From: Mizuhopecten yessoensis
Taxonomy: Eukaryota
DNA: 64,000 bases
NCBI RefSeq assembly: GCF_002113885.1
Contig: NW_018404085.1
Coordinates: 217,761 to 281,760 of the forward strand
Direction of reading: 5' to 3'
Below are positions 1 to 13,634 of the stretch, piece after piece. Made by a program: the position numbers and the translations under genes. The first letter of the stretch is position 1, and the number at the start of each line of letters is the position of its first letter. Below the pieces are notes generated by a model, which ran no database searches, had not been told where the DNA came from, and was given only the letters and a program-made list of their open reading frames with translations.

Positions 1-22
1 GCAGGAGACAGATAGATAGGAA

Positions 23-99
23 GATAGGGGAACATGTATTGTTTGGATGTACAGAAGTACATCCCAGAAGTACATCCAAACAATACATGCTCCCCTATC
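23..99. repeat. 30-bp-arm hairpin (inverted repeat)
   Basis: 23-52 GATAGGGGAACATGTATTGTTTGGATGTAC is the reverse complement of 70-99 with one mismatch; 17-nt spacer. Confidence 0.9.
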
Positions 100-1757
100 A
101 GTGCCAATGTTGTACGTCTACAAACTGATGGCTGGAGCCGAGTTGCAGGTGTAGGGCGTTTGATCTATGTTCCTGTATGAACAGAGACAGTGTGTGGTGT
201 ACATTGTACCTAGTGTTTCAGTTTAAATAGTCCCCTAATTTACATTGTAAACAGAAACATGGCGCCATAGAGAAGTCCCCAAGCAGAAAGAAGAAGTATT
301 GCTAGGACAGACGGAGCAATAAAAGATGTTATGAGGATTTGCACAAAATAGTGCTTCATTATATGTAAACGTTTTAAGTTGTGACTTGATTCTGTAACAA
401 ATGTGTTCACAGAATTAAGGTTTTGTATGAATTGTTATATTTTTTTTGTTTCAGATATTTATGATTCATTTTTTTCCTTTATTGGTCCTATAAGCTTTGA
501 GATTGAGGTACATAAGGTATGGCACTGAAATGCGTGAAGGCTGACCTCTGTGGTATGAAAGCATATTATTGTACAGTTTGTGAAACAACGGTGAATATAT
601 ACTTTAGGAAAAACCATTGTTCTAGGCATACTTTCATTGTGGAAAAGTAATGCCAGTGTAATGTAATGTACATTTGTTCAAATCCATATCATTCTATAAG
701 TTTCAGGCTTTGTGTAAAATCTATCAGTATATATGGAAGTGATTTAAGGGTGTGTGTTGTTACGGATGAAGTATGGATGATAATAGCTATTGGTACAGCA
801 ACTCGTAAAATTCTCCAAGTCGGCCAATGTTCAGAATTCGAAAATAGAATGAAGTAAAGAAAACCGTTTTGTTACAGAAATGTTCATAAATTGTCTACTG
901 TGAGAATTTCCTGTACTTGTGATGTGTGAGTGTGGATCCTGACTGTAAGGTATGCTCATATTGAGTTTGATTCTCTGATCAGCATTCTATGCTAAGTAAA
1001 GTGTGTTCGGAGCGGAACTGTGATTAATGTGTTTTTAACTTTTAAGTTGGAATCTTTTTATTAAAACTTTACTTGTGCAGTATTTGTATAAATTTAAGGT
1101 ATACAAATATGTATACCAAATAAGAATGTGGTATATTTCATTTTGTGTTTAACATTAAGTTACTTTGTAAACGTAGAACAGTATATTTATAATGACAGAG
1201 TAGAATGGGTGTGATTCGTGTAGCTACAGAGACAAACAGTTACTTTAGCAGTCAAAAGTCAGTTAATTACCTCTTAATTACAGTATCTCTCCAAACGCTA
1301 TATATCTTTGATAAGTTAAGTTATTATAGGAAAATGTGTTGTATTCTGATTATTTTAACCAGAACAAACGTCCGGAATAATCCAAAGTTCCACTGAAGGT
1401 TCACACCTTCATGTAAAACACTGGGCAAAATGTGGAGTACTTGACAACATTGAACAGGTGATAGACTACAATGTCTGCCATTGATAACACGACGAAAGCC
1501 GACTTCCATGCTTATATTTGTATGTTACAAAAAGGTTCAAATGTATGAAAAAAAAATAGTAAATATGTTAATATGGGTATTATGTAGGAATTTATTTGAA
1601 TATAATTAATTTGTGTATATGAACAATTCTTCGTAACATTCCCCACACATGCATGTACTAAAATCACACGAAAATTACTCTTTGTGGCACTAGGTTTCAG
1701 TAAGAGGTATACATAAATAGTTTAAAGCAGTGAGTGTGAAGCTCTATATACAGCCTT

Positions 1758-2180
1758 GTTATTAGCCCCTTCAACCGGTACCGGAAGGGACGAAAAATGG
1801 GCGCACAGTCCGTCGGCGTGAGCATAGTATAGCCTCTTCCATACAAATGACATTTTTGTTGTATTAAAGATCATCAGATGGTGGATTGTGGCGATCTGAA
1901 ATAGGGCCTGGTGCCCCTACTTATATAGAGATTTAGAATGATGACCTACCGTTTCAATGCGCCACTTTGTCCAGGCCTTGTACTAAATTTTGTCCGGTTT
2001 ATTAATCACCTACAAATATAAAACGTTTTCATACAAATGCTTCTAAAGAGGAGAAGGAAGTGTCGCCTACTCAAATATGCTTCCATGCCCCATTTACACG
2101 GAGTTTCGGCCTTTTGTTCATTTTTAATAGCGAAGTCTGTCCGGTAGGTTGGAGACTATAGCTTGCTTCCATTTTCCATT
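1758..2180 (+). mobile_element. Degenerate HINE/Helentron-type non-autonomous element
   Basis: 5' TTATTAGCCCCTTCAACCGGTACCGGAAGGGAC...GTCCGTC resembles the 5' end of the element at 18736-19896; the 3' CCGGTAGG..GGAGAC loosely resembles its 3' end. Confidence 0.4.
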
Positions 2181-2973
2181 TGTTTCTTTTAATTGCAACT
2201 CTGAATAACAGTACTGTTACTGTAATGGCTGCAGTCTATCACGGGAGGAGGACTATGGATTGCTCACTCACTTTGCCTTGTTTGGATATTTTAATGACAT
2301 TATGCATTTGGGACGTAATTGAAAGTAAATCGTTTTTAATCGGAGGAATATTTCGCTTAATATAGTGATATAGTGCTCATTTGAAAGTGGCTGTTTACAG
2401 TATTGCATTGGACGGTAACTCTTGTAGAATTTCTTGTTCAAAGAAATTCCGTTAGCTTGGGGGATCCTTTGTAGATGATAGTATTTTGTATTTATTTATT
2501 GTCATATACATACATGTATTCATTATATACTTATAATTAATGCATACCCGCAATATTGTCGCATATGATTGAATTTTTGAATGTTTTCTCCAGATGCTCG
2601 CAGTAATTTCTGTCATCCATTTGCATTGTCTTTTCTTAAAATTGCTACTATAAAAGTAATGGTTCAAAGATATCTATCGTAGTTCTCAGTTTCCATCAAA
2701 GACCCGCTAGCATAATAATTCGGAGTTTGTTTCAATAGAATTTGTCTTTAATTTAAGATGGGATCGGATGATACCTCTCCGTTATTGGTAGGAAGCATGG
2801 TGTCTTTCCGTTTGGATTTGTTTCTCTTCTATTCCCATTAAACTTTTGAGTTCGAAGTTGACAATATGATCAGCATTTTTTTTCAAAATTTATTTATAAC
2901 ATCCACTTCTGTACGTTTTACGTTTCCTCCTCCCTGTTACCGTGTTGAATAAAATTCCTCCGATCATTATACC

Positions 2974-3163
2974 TATTCCGTCTTTGCATATTGCAGAGTT
3001 GTCTTCCCTTGTGAGCAGGTATTGATTGTTACGTCATTGGTTTATGTGAGAAAATTACGTCGTTTTCTCAAAAATTGATGACGTTACTCTCACAAACCAA
3101 TGATGTAATAATCAATACCTGCTCACAAGAGAAGATAATTCTGCAATACGCAAAGACGGAATA
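2974..3163. mobile_element. Palindromic MITE (~190 bp), TA-bounded, Tc1/mariner-like
   Basis: Termini TATTCCGTCTTTGC...GCAAAGACGGAATA; self-complementarity extends over about 80 bp per arm (e.g. CTTGTGAGCAGGTATTGATT / AATCAATACCTGCTCACAAG). Confidence 0.85.
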
Positions 3164-5264
3164 ACACGTTACAGCCCGATTAAATCTACGGTAGTGTGAT
3201 ATATTTGTATGAACAAGTATTAAACGTTAGACTAATCACCAATTCACTTTGTTCTAAAGTCTCTTTTTTTGTGTAAAAATAAATGATTGAGTAACCATTG
3301 CGTACGGTGCGAGGAGACTTGGTCCCATTTCACAAGAAGATATGTAAATAACGATTGACTGCAGATAAAATGAATGGCTGAAAATGTGGAAGAAGCGATT
3401 TCGTGTGTTAGTAACTTATATAAATAGGTTTTAGTGTATACTGTTTGGTTTGTATACCAAACGTGTGTATATGTGTGAAGGAGTAAGTGTTTAAAGATTT
3501 ATCAATCCAGTGAGGATTTTTAATCATATATGTATATATAGTGTACAAAAGAGCGTGTATGGTGTCATACAGTGTAAATATTATGTACAGACAAATGGGT
3601 ATAACTAAAATTAATGTGAACGTAATAAAATATGAATTAAACTAGAACCTGGTCAGTTTTGTTGACTCTTTGACTCGGAATGAACTGATTCAAACTGATT
3701 CCATTGTCGCAATTGTTTAAAACTTATATAAAAGTTCAATTCTGTCATAAGAAAACTAGTTTCGATGACGGTTATTGACACTCTTTATTTCGGATACGAA
3801 CCATTTTTTTATCAGTCGTCAAGTTGTATGATTGTTTCCCTCAAAAACTTCCCAAATTATGCGTTTCATTTTCCTTAGTGTAAAGTGTCCGCCGACAATG
3901 TTTGAACATCAATATGATGGTAGACTCGGATACAACTCTGGCGCTGGTGTGTAACGAAAGATTTTGTTAACCCGGAATCATCCTTGGTAACACTAACGCT
4001 TGTCTTCGTAAAAAATACCAGCAACAATTTGAGACATGCCTTCGGGATGTCGCCATTGTCATTTAAATTGGTATAACTATTATGCTACACTATTATCTAC
4101 ACTATTTTGGGTCATTAAATCTGCTTTCGCCAATATGTCCATCATCCATCCTTTAACAGTTCTTGTTATCGCTGTTTCTCAAAAACTACTGAACGGATAT
4201 TTTCCAAACTTCATATCTATATTCCTGTTCGTCCTTAGTTTAGAACAATATGGCCACCAGACGGCCATATCAATTTCTTAATAGTGATACTTTGTTAATG
4301 CTATTTCTCAATATGTAGTAGACACAATTTTCTCAAATTTTATACGCACGTTCTTTCTATTCCTTTATCCTTATGTGTTTATGTTGAGTTTTAAAAAATG
4401 ATTCGTGGTGTAATGAACGATTATGATATAACCCCACAGGTTTGTATAAATCGATCCGAGGTGGCATAATGTTAAACTTCAACAATGACATTAAAAAGCT
4501 TGCTTTTAGCAATATTCCCAAAAGTTTTGGTTTTGTGATACAATTCTTAGTTATGTGTTACAAGTATCTAAAATTCAATTATAATCCATACGAGTTTCTT
4601 CAAGCTAGTTCAGATATTTTCGTTTAAAATCACAAAAAAAAAGGAAAAAGAAAAAAATTATTGAACTCGTTTCATTAAATTCATATTTAACTCAAATGCA
4701 TGCAAGACCCTGTAAATATAAACAGACAATAATCCATTGAATTGATGCTAATATGCTGCCAATATTGTTGACCATCAAAAGCACACTACTAAATACATAC
4801 AATTAAATCATATAGACGGTACATGCTGGTTTACTCCGGTGATCCTATTTACAACAGTCAAGTATCGCCAATACGTGGTGACGTAGTCCAAACTGTAACT
4901 TGACCACGCAGTTAAACTTTTAGAAACCCGTGTAGAATGGCCAGCATGTTTCGAGCACAGAGGTTCGTTACAAACGTCCAAAACTGTGTTTTAATTGACA
5001 ATTCGATAATCTTATTGAAATACCTATACATTCTATTTATAAACATTTAACAGCATGCAATTTAATCACTCTTCTTTGCTCTGATTATATGATAAGATTA
5101 TTTTCGGTTTTTTTTGTATGCCTTCGGGACAAGAATCACATAACAAAGAAGTGCATATTTCAAATGTCTTTATTTAGAACGACAACGGTTCCTAAGGGAC
5201 CTATATTGCTATATTTATTATATCACTTTGGATGGTGCTTCATGGCGTCTGATTTAGGATGATT

Positions 5265-6972
<1,708 letters not shown>

Positions 6973-8209
6973 CTAAACAGTGCGACACCAAACAAGCAGT
7001 GACGAACGTGTGCAATCCTTGAACTGCAATGTTTATTGAGTATGGCCAATACAATCTTCAGTTTAATTTACATTCAGATTGTATAGAGTAAGAAATCTAC
7101 ATGTTCGCTTAAAGTGATGCGTGAATATATTCAGTTGATCATGGTTCCAATTCAATAATATATTAATGTCGGTATATCGTGTTATAAGTTCGCACACGCA
7201 CTCAGGTAAACATGATAAACATGTATTGAGATTAATATTTCAAGCGAAATGTGGACTTTACCAATCTACAATCTACAATTAGATTACACATGCAAACTTT
7301 CTTTTGTATTTTATGATTTAATCAATAAACATTTATGATAGTTCAGTTGAAAAATGATAATAATGAAAAAAAAATTATCATCCATTTACTCCGTGTCAGT
7401 TTAAGTTTTCTTTTAGTAAAAATATTAGTATAATAACGAATTAATACACATTACATTCACTGGTGAAATGGGGAGTACCCGGAGTAGACTAGACTCTTTT
7501 AGTAAATGATTTACAGCCAAACTCAAAAAAATTAGTTAATTCAAAGACGTTATTTACCGGATAGTCAAGCTAGGCAAACCTATCAACCGTGAAATGTACT
7601 ACAATGTACGTAAGGCCACCGCCATGTCTAAACAGTATCTGTCGAGATATATCGGTGTTACACTTTACCGTTGGACGACGTAGGCATACTATGTAACAGT
7701 TTCAGTGCTTATATACTATTATCCGCATATCGGTGAAAAACCCCATCAGGTGTATACAAGTGTCATATGTGGACAGCTCTGAATCTATGTGTATATTTAC
7801 CTGATTTGAAAGCGAGTGAAACTAGGTCGCACCTCAAGGAGTGATGTAGGGGAAACAACCCTTGATAGATATAGCCTGGCTTCGCTTGTTAGCCACAGGT
7901 GAGTGGATTTAATGACTCCTCTTACCAGGATCCCGCAGGACGAGACAAGGGTTAATAAATATATAAGGACAGTCAAAAACAAACATATAAGCTTTAATCT
8001 CAATTGTTAAAATAGACTGAACTTAATTCATTAATGTAGATTGGATCCACATATGCCCTGGTATAATTTTAGTGAAAAGGTATACATGTATCGTACGATA
8101 GCTAGTGAATGTATAAACATTACTAAGACAGTTACATGTGTTGAAGTCATTATCAAAATTAATAGAATTCTATTGAATATCTCTTGATAGCGTTCTGTGA
8201 ATTTTCTTA

Positions 8210-8425
8210 AGATAACAATTATATAATCTGAAACAATAACGTTCTAATAAATTACTCGTGATAACGTCCCGTTTAATTTGAAATGATAACGTTCTTATAA
8301 ATCACCCATGATAACGTTCCGTTTAATTTGAAATGATAACGTTCTTATAAATAACCTATGGTTACGTTACATTTAATCAATCTGAAATTATAACGTTCTA
8401 TCAAATTACCCAAGATTACGTTCTA
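8210..8425. repeat. Degenerate ~25-bp tandem repeat (GATAACGTTC core)
   Basis: Recurring ATAACGTTC with alternating spacers, giving a ~50-bp dimer. Confidence 0.7.
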
Positions 8426-11159
8426 CTGAATCTTCCAAAACCTGCAGGTTTCAATCATATAATGTGTCATAATGTTGAAACGCTCGAAACGAGTTTAAGG
8501 GTTTGCTCTTCCGGGATTCAAATTACGTTAAAATCTTGCTATGATTTTATTAGATTTAACAAATTAGGATTAATTTTAAAGCAAACCTGCATCTTAAAAA
8601 TGTGTAAAATAAAACACACAAAAAACTCGATACCTGTTGTTTGCAGACATTTTTACATCTTGAGTTTTGTTATCATGGAATTCGGCAGCCATTTTGAATA
8701 TTCCCACCAATGGCAAACTTTCACTTTTTTGACACTAGATTAATCACTGGATGTGTCATTGTGTATCAATTTCTTTTTGAATTTGTCATTCCGAAAGGTT
8801 AAAAAATAACTTGAAATAATGATAATGGCCAAAAAAACATATAAAGAAAAGCACACGGATCCTTATTTGCTTGGCTGTTTTAAGAAGATAAAAGTTTCTT
8901 TTTTCTATAATCCAGTGAATGGGATTAATAAGTCATCAGTTCAATCGTTTAATCTGCAAAAGATGGTGAAAAAAGAGGATTCTTTGTCATATAACCTAAA
9001 TTGTTTTCCTGCAATCGAAAAATTATTTAAACCTTTCGCTGCCACAGTGAAAACCCTGACTTTCTGTCAGGCCAAGACTTCAGCATGGTTTTGAAATGTC
9101 CTATTATGACGTCGTTGTACTATGACGTCAACAATTTATGCGTAGACCCAATTACATTTACTCCGGAAACGTCATGGAAAAATACATTGAATTACTTCTT
9201 ATTTAAACGATCATATAAAACTATTACGATCACCTAGAACCAAACGTAATACCTCTATGAAAGCTTAAATAATTATCTATTACTTTGTATAATTACATGT
9301 AATCCAGCAGTTAGTGCGCATGTTGCTATACCAGCCGATGTTAAGGTATATTGTAGAAACTAGCAGATGTGGAATGTTTTACCTTTCGTGTATGACAACG
9401 AATTAGAATGTGTGTACAATCTGTTGCACACAATCATATATGATGCTCTCTATTTTCTGCAATTTCGAAATCCAAAGGTTACACGCTCAGTACAAAATCG
9501 AGGTCGTTGATTTTGAATACATATTTTCAAAAGAGTTGCGATATTGTTCAGTTGAACGTGAACGAGTCATTTTCTCTATTTCGTACATGTATTCGTCTTC
9601 TAATCACACTCAGATACAGTCGGTATCGCTAATAATTCTAATATAAAGCCTAATTAATTTGTTGGGATGGGTAGGTGGCTGGGGCGGCAAATTTTGTTTA
9701 CGTAATAAATACTGATATGACGTAAATAAAAAAATGTGTAACGCCTTTCATAGCAAATCATAGCAAGCAAAACATTAGACAACGTTCTCCACTAAAGCCA
9801 GAGAGAAACTGAAATTTGGCTAGTGGTACCTATGTAGCGTCCAAATGTCTCAACATGATGCTGCATCATTTTTATTCAATAATATTTACTTACATCTTAT
9901 GAGGAATATGAGACAACCAACAGGTGAGACATTCTTCTTGTAAGTTATCAATGGTTTGATTCAGTTAACATAGCTAAGACAAACAAAACAAAGTACCGAA
10001 TATTTCAGTCGACATTCTATTAACTATTTCACAGTGTTTTTATTGACGTCTTCAAGTTCATAATACAATAACCTTTTCTCAATGATTCTTGCTCGCCGAG
10101 GCACGTATATCTTCGTCAAACTAGGTCATTTTAATTAGTAACTGTTTGAAGCAACTTAGAGAACCACAGCTCCTTTAAAATTGGAAGAATGTTAACAGAA
10201 CTCAGCGTAACTAGCTCAATTTACGTACGTGTCATGGTGAAAATTGGTGCAAAGGTCAGCAGCAAGCACATCTCTTGATTCGATTCTTGATATATATTTG
10301 AATCCGAACGCGCCCCTTGTTACGTTACTAATTATGCACTGGAAACGTTTTCCAGTCTGACTATAGACTTGATCAATCATTTCTGCGAAGTGAAAGAGAC
10401 ATACCTTATGGGACCTTTATGAAAAAAAAGAGATGAAATAGAAAGGGGAAAAAATGACACAGGGTAGGAACGGCCCTCATACCCTTATACTATTGATCTA
10501 GCCAACTTATCTGAACAACAGCATACACTGGCTTAGTCGCGATACAAATAGAATAAAAAAAAAGAATCTAAGGTGAATGTTACTGTGTGTATGAAAATCT
10601 ACTACGGAAAATAGGCTTACATCACTGTTCAAAAAATTGTTGTTTGCTATTGTTTCACCGAAAGCTACAGTATATAAGACAGAAGTTTAGTTGGTTTAAA
10701 AATGATACCAGATAATGTGCATAAGGGATTAGACACCTTGTCCGTGCCATATATGTCCACTGGCCGTATTCAAAGTCATATCTCCGAGGAATTGAAAGTT
10801 CAAATGCATGGCTTACAGCACGAAAGTCAGCGAAGGGTTTCTAATATACTGACCGCACCGTCCATATTTTCACAGAAAGTCCAAGAGAAATAGATAAATA
10901 AATGAAATGTACCCCAACTCTATCACTTGACACCAAAACAGAAAGTGGAGTGGATATCAAATTAGATTATTCAACTGCGTGAAATGCAGGAAACGGTACA
11001 CGCAGTATAGGGAACAAAATCACACCACCAAAGTATATTCTATGGACGGGGAAAGCATGTCATCTTTTTTTAAATACGAGCTTCAAGATCAGGTTCTCAG
11101 CTTTCCATTGGTATACGATATGTGCGTCTGCGATGCCGATAATTTTTTGTACAATGATT

Positions 11160-11996
11160 GAAATTTTAACATAAAACGCCTCACAGAACAAATAGTTTCC
11201 AGATCGTCTCATGTCACATGTATTGATGACGTCATGGACAATGCCGAGCGTGACGTCAAAATTCGTAAATGCCGATCGGCCCATGACAGGACAGGACCAC
11301 TCCCGATTAAAATTTGTCAAAAGTCGGGAAATTCACAAATTTTGAAAATATTTATTTAATCACGACAACAATCAGATATTGTTCAGGATGCGTCCCGATT
11401 CAGCCGTTTCCAGCCGGATTCGTCCCGATTCCTCCGTTCTCAATCCGAATCTAATCCGATTTGTAACTCCGCATGTGGTAAAAAAACGACCGAATGTGTC
11501 CTGACAGCGTCCCGATTCTCCTCCCGAACGCGATCCGACAGAGATCAGACAGTGAACCGACGCATTCGGCAAGATCTGGACGCAATCTGGACTTAATCGG
11601 CTAGAAACGGCAATGAACAATTTCCCCAAACTTGCCCGTTCATCACGACAGCGTCCCGATCCACACGACACCGTCAAGACACCGTCCAGACAACACAGGA
11701 TATTGTTACGATTTTGATCCGATACAGCAGAATCTGTCACGACATAGTCCCGATTGTAATCCGACTAGACAAAATCGGCTGAGTTTCCCGAATGTTACGG
11801 GACGCACCTAACTGTCGGGAGTGCTTGGCCGACCTCTCCGGACTATCCCGATCCGTAGGACTCTGTTACGAACGTATACGACTACGTTCAGACAATGATA
11901 GGACATTCCAGATCATTGAGGATAGTAATCCGACTTTTTCGCTTTTCGTGTCGTAGCGCTGTCTGATCTCAAACGGGAGCCATAATCGGCAATGTG
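11160..11996. mobile_element. GC-rich non-autonomous DNA transposon fragment (possibly PIF/Harbinger-like)
   Basis: Sharp GC/CpG rise with many dispersed CCCGAT/TCGGG motifs; the ORFs are not protein-like; no paired TIRs located. Confidence 0.4.
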
Positions 11997-12164
11997 CATA
12001 AAGAGTTTTAGCTTATTTTACCTCAAGAATACATATCAATTATAAATTAACTTGATTTGTTTAACATCTTCTAGGAAAAAACACTGCAATTTGACATGCC
12101 AAACACAAGAATAAATAAAATGTTATTTTGAATTCAAAGTTTTACCATATTAACCCGTCAAGTT

Positions 12165-12575
12165 TAACAATATAAAAACATGTTTTACAATATAAAAACA
12201 TGTTTTACAATATTAAAACATGTTTTACAATATTAAAACATGTTTTACAATATAAAAACATGTTTTACAATATAAAAACATGTTTTACAATATTAAAACA
12301 TGTTTTACAATATTAAAACATGTTTTACAATATAAAAACATGTTTTACAATATAAAAACATGTTTTACAATATTAAAACATGTTTTACAATATTAAAACA
12401 TGTTTTACAATATAAAAACATGTTTTACAATATAAAAACATGTTTTACAATATTAAAACATGTTTTACAATATTAAAACATGTTTTACAATATAAAAACA
12501 TGTTTTACAATATAAAAACATGTTTTACAATATTAAAACATGTTTTACAATATAAAAACATGTTTTACAATATAA
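12165..12575. repeat. 20-bp minisatellite with 80-bp higher-order pattern
   Basis: Units TATAAAAACATGTTTTACAA (A) and TATTAAAACATGTTTTACAA (B) in the order AABB x4, then AABA; degenerate AAACGTTTT units continue to about 12770. Confidence 0.97.
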
Positions 12576-13029
12576 CTAAATTTTCACAATTCAAACTCAA
12601 GTTTTATAATATAAACAAACGTTTTGCTATACTGGAATATACACAAGTGTTACATTATAACAAACGTTTTATAATATTAGCTCAATTTAAGAAAAGTTTG
12701 ACTATATAAACTTACCTTTTACAAAATAAACAAACGTTTTACTATATATACAAACGTTTTACAATAAAAAGTCACATTATTAAGGTCATTTACACCATAT
12801 CTTAAATTATTGTTACGTTTGGCACAAATCACGCCATACAAATGCGACCAACATATACTGCTGTACGATGTAGTGTAATTGTTTTTGGTAAACTGTACAC
12901 AATACATATCCAGCACACTCACAGGCATACACACATAGGGAGATATTAGCCAGGTGGCATAGGACTAGTAGTTAGCGCCTGATAAGGCAGCTCCTGCGAA
13001 TTCCTCAATATTGGATTGATTATTATATA

Positions 13030-13147
13030 TGCTAAATGTATTGAATGTATAAAATTGTATATCTATGTACTGTAAAGCGCTTTAGAGTGGCTTATGTTAG
13101 CTAGATAGGGCGCTATATCAAATGTTGTATATTTATTTTATTATTTA
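13030..13147 (+). mobile_element. 3' tail of L2/CR1-type LINE (or a SINE sharing it)
   Basis: TGTAAAGCGCTTTAGAG...GGGCGCTATATCAAATG..TATTTATTTTATTATT matches the tail of the LINE at 53327-53400. Confidence 0.65.
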
Positions 13148-13634
13148 CCGGTCTTACACCAAATTGTACAGGTGTAATCACCTGTATGTGTGTTACGTTC
13201 ATCCTTCAGATATCTGTGTGTCCATGAATTAGGACACAATTGTTACCACGGGGAAAAGTTGTCAACTATCAAAACCTTGATTTGCACAAAAGATATATTT
13301 CCAATTTGACAGAAGTAGTTGTACTCGTGTAATTCATTGCATCAAGCCTCTTTGGTTACATATTGTAGAGCCAATTACATCTTTATCATTGACTAGTGTA
13401 ATTATTGATTTGATTCTTGTTGTGTATTGACTGTAGATCGATACGACATCAACAACCCTGTGTATGTTTGTATTGACTATAAATAGATATTACATCAACA
13501 ACCCTGTGTATGTGTTATGATATCTTATCAGTCATACATATTTAACGTCCTTCAACAAACCAAAATACAATTGCGACGATAGTCCCCAGGTTTAGATCTT
13601 CACATTTATAGCCCTTCACACCTGACAACTCGCG

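Noticed and set aside
100-3640. Coding exons at the window start
   Set aside because: Only short AT-rich ORFs; looks like the 3' UTR/intergenic tail of a gene outside the window and cannot be called.
3880-4020. Retroviral protease-like INMMVDSDTTLALV
   Set aside because: Lacks the DSG/DTG glycine, the frame closes quickly, and no other pol motifs were seen.
9805-9814. ISRE-like GAAACTGAAA upstream of GIMAP
   Set aside because: A short motif expected by chance in AT-rich DNA; it lies in repeat-like sequence and the TSS is unknown.
11372-11740. 122-aa ORF
   Set aside because: Arises from GC-rich motif repeats in a probable transposon; no domain features.
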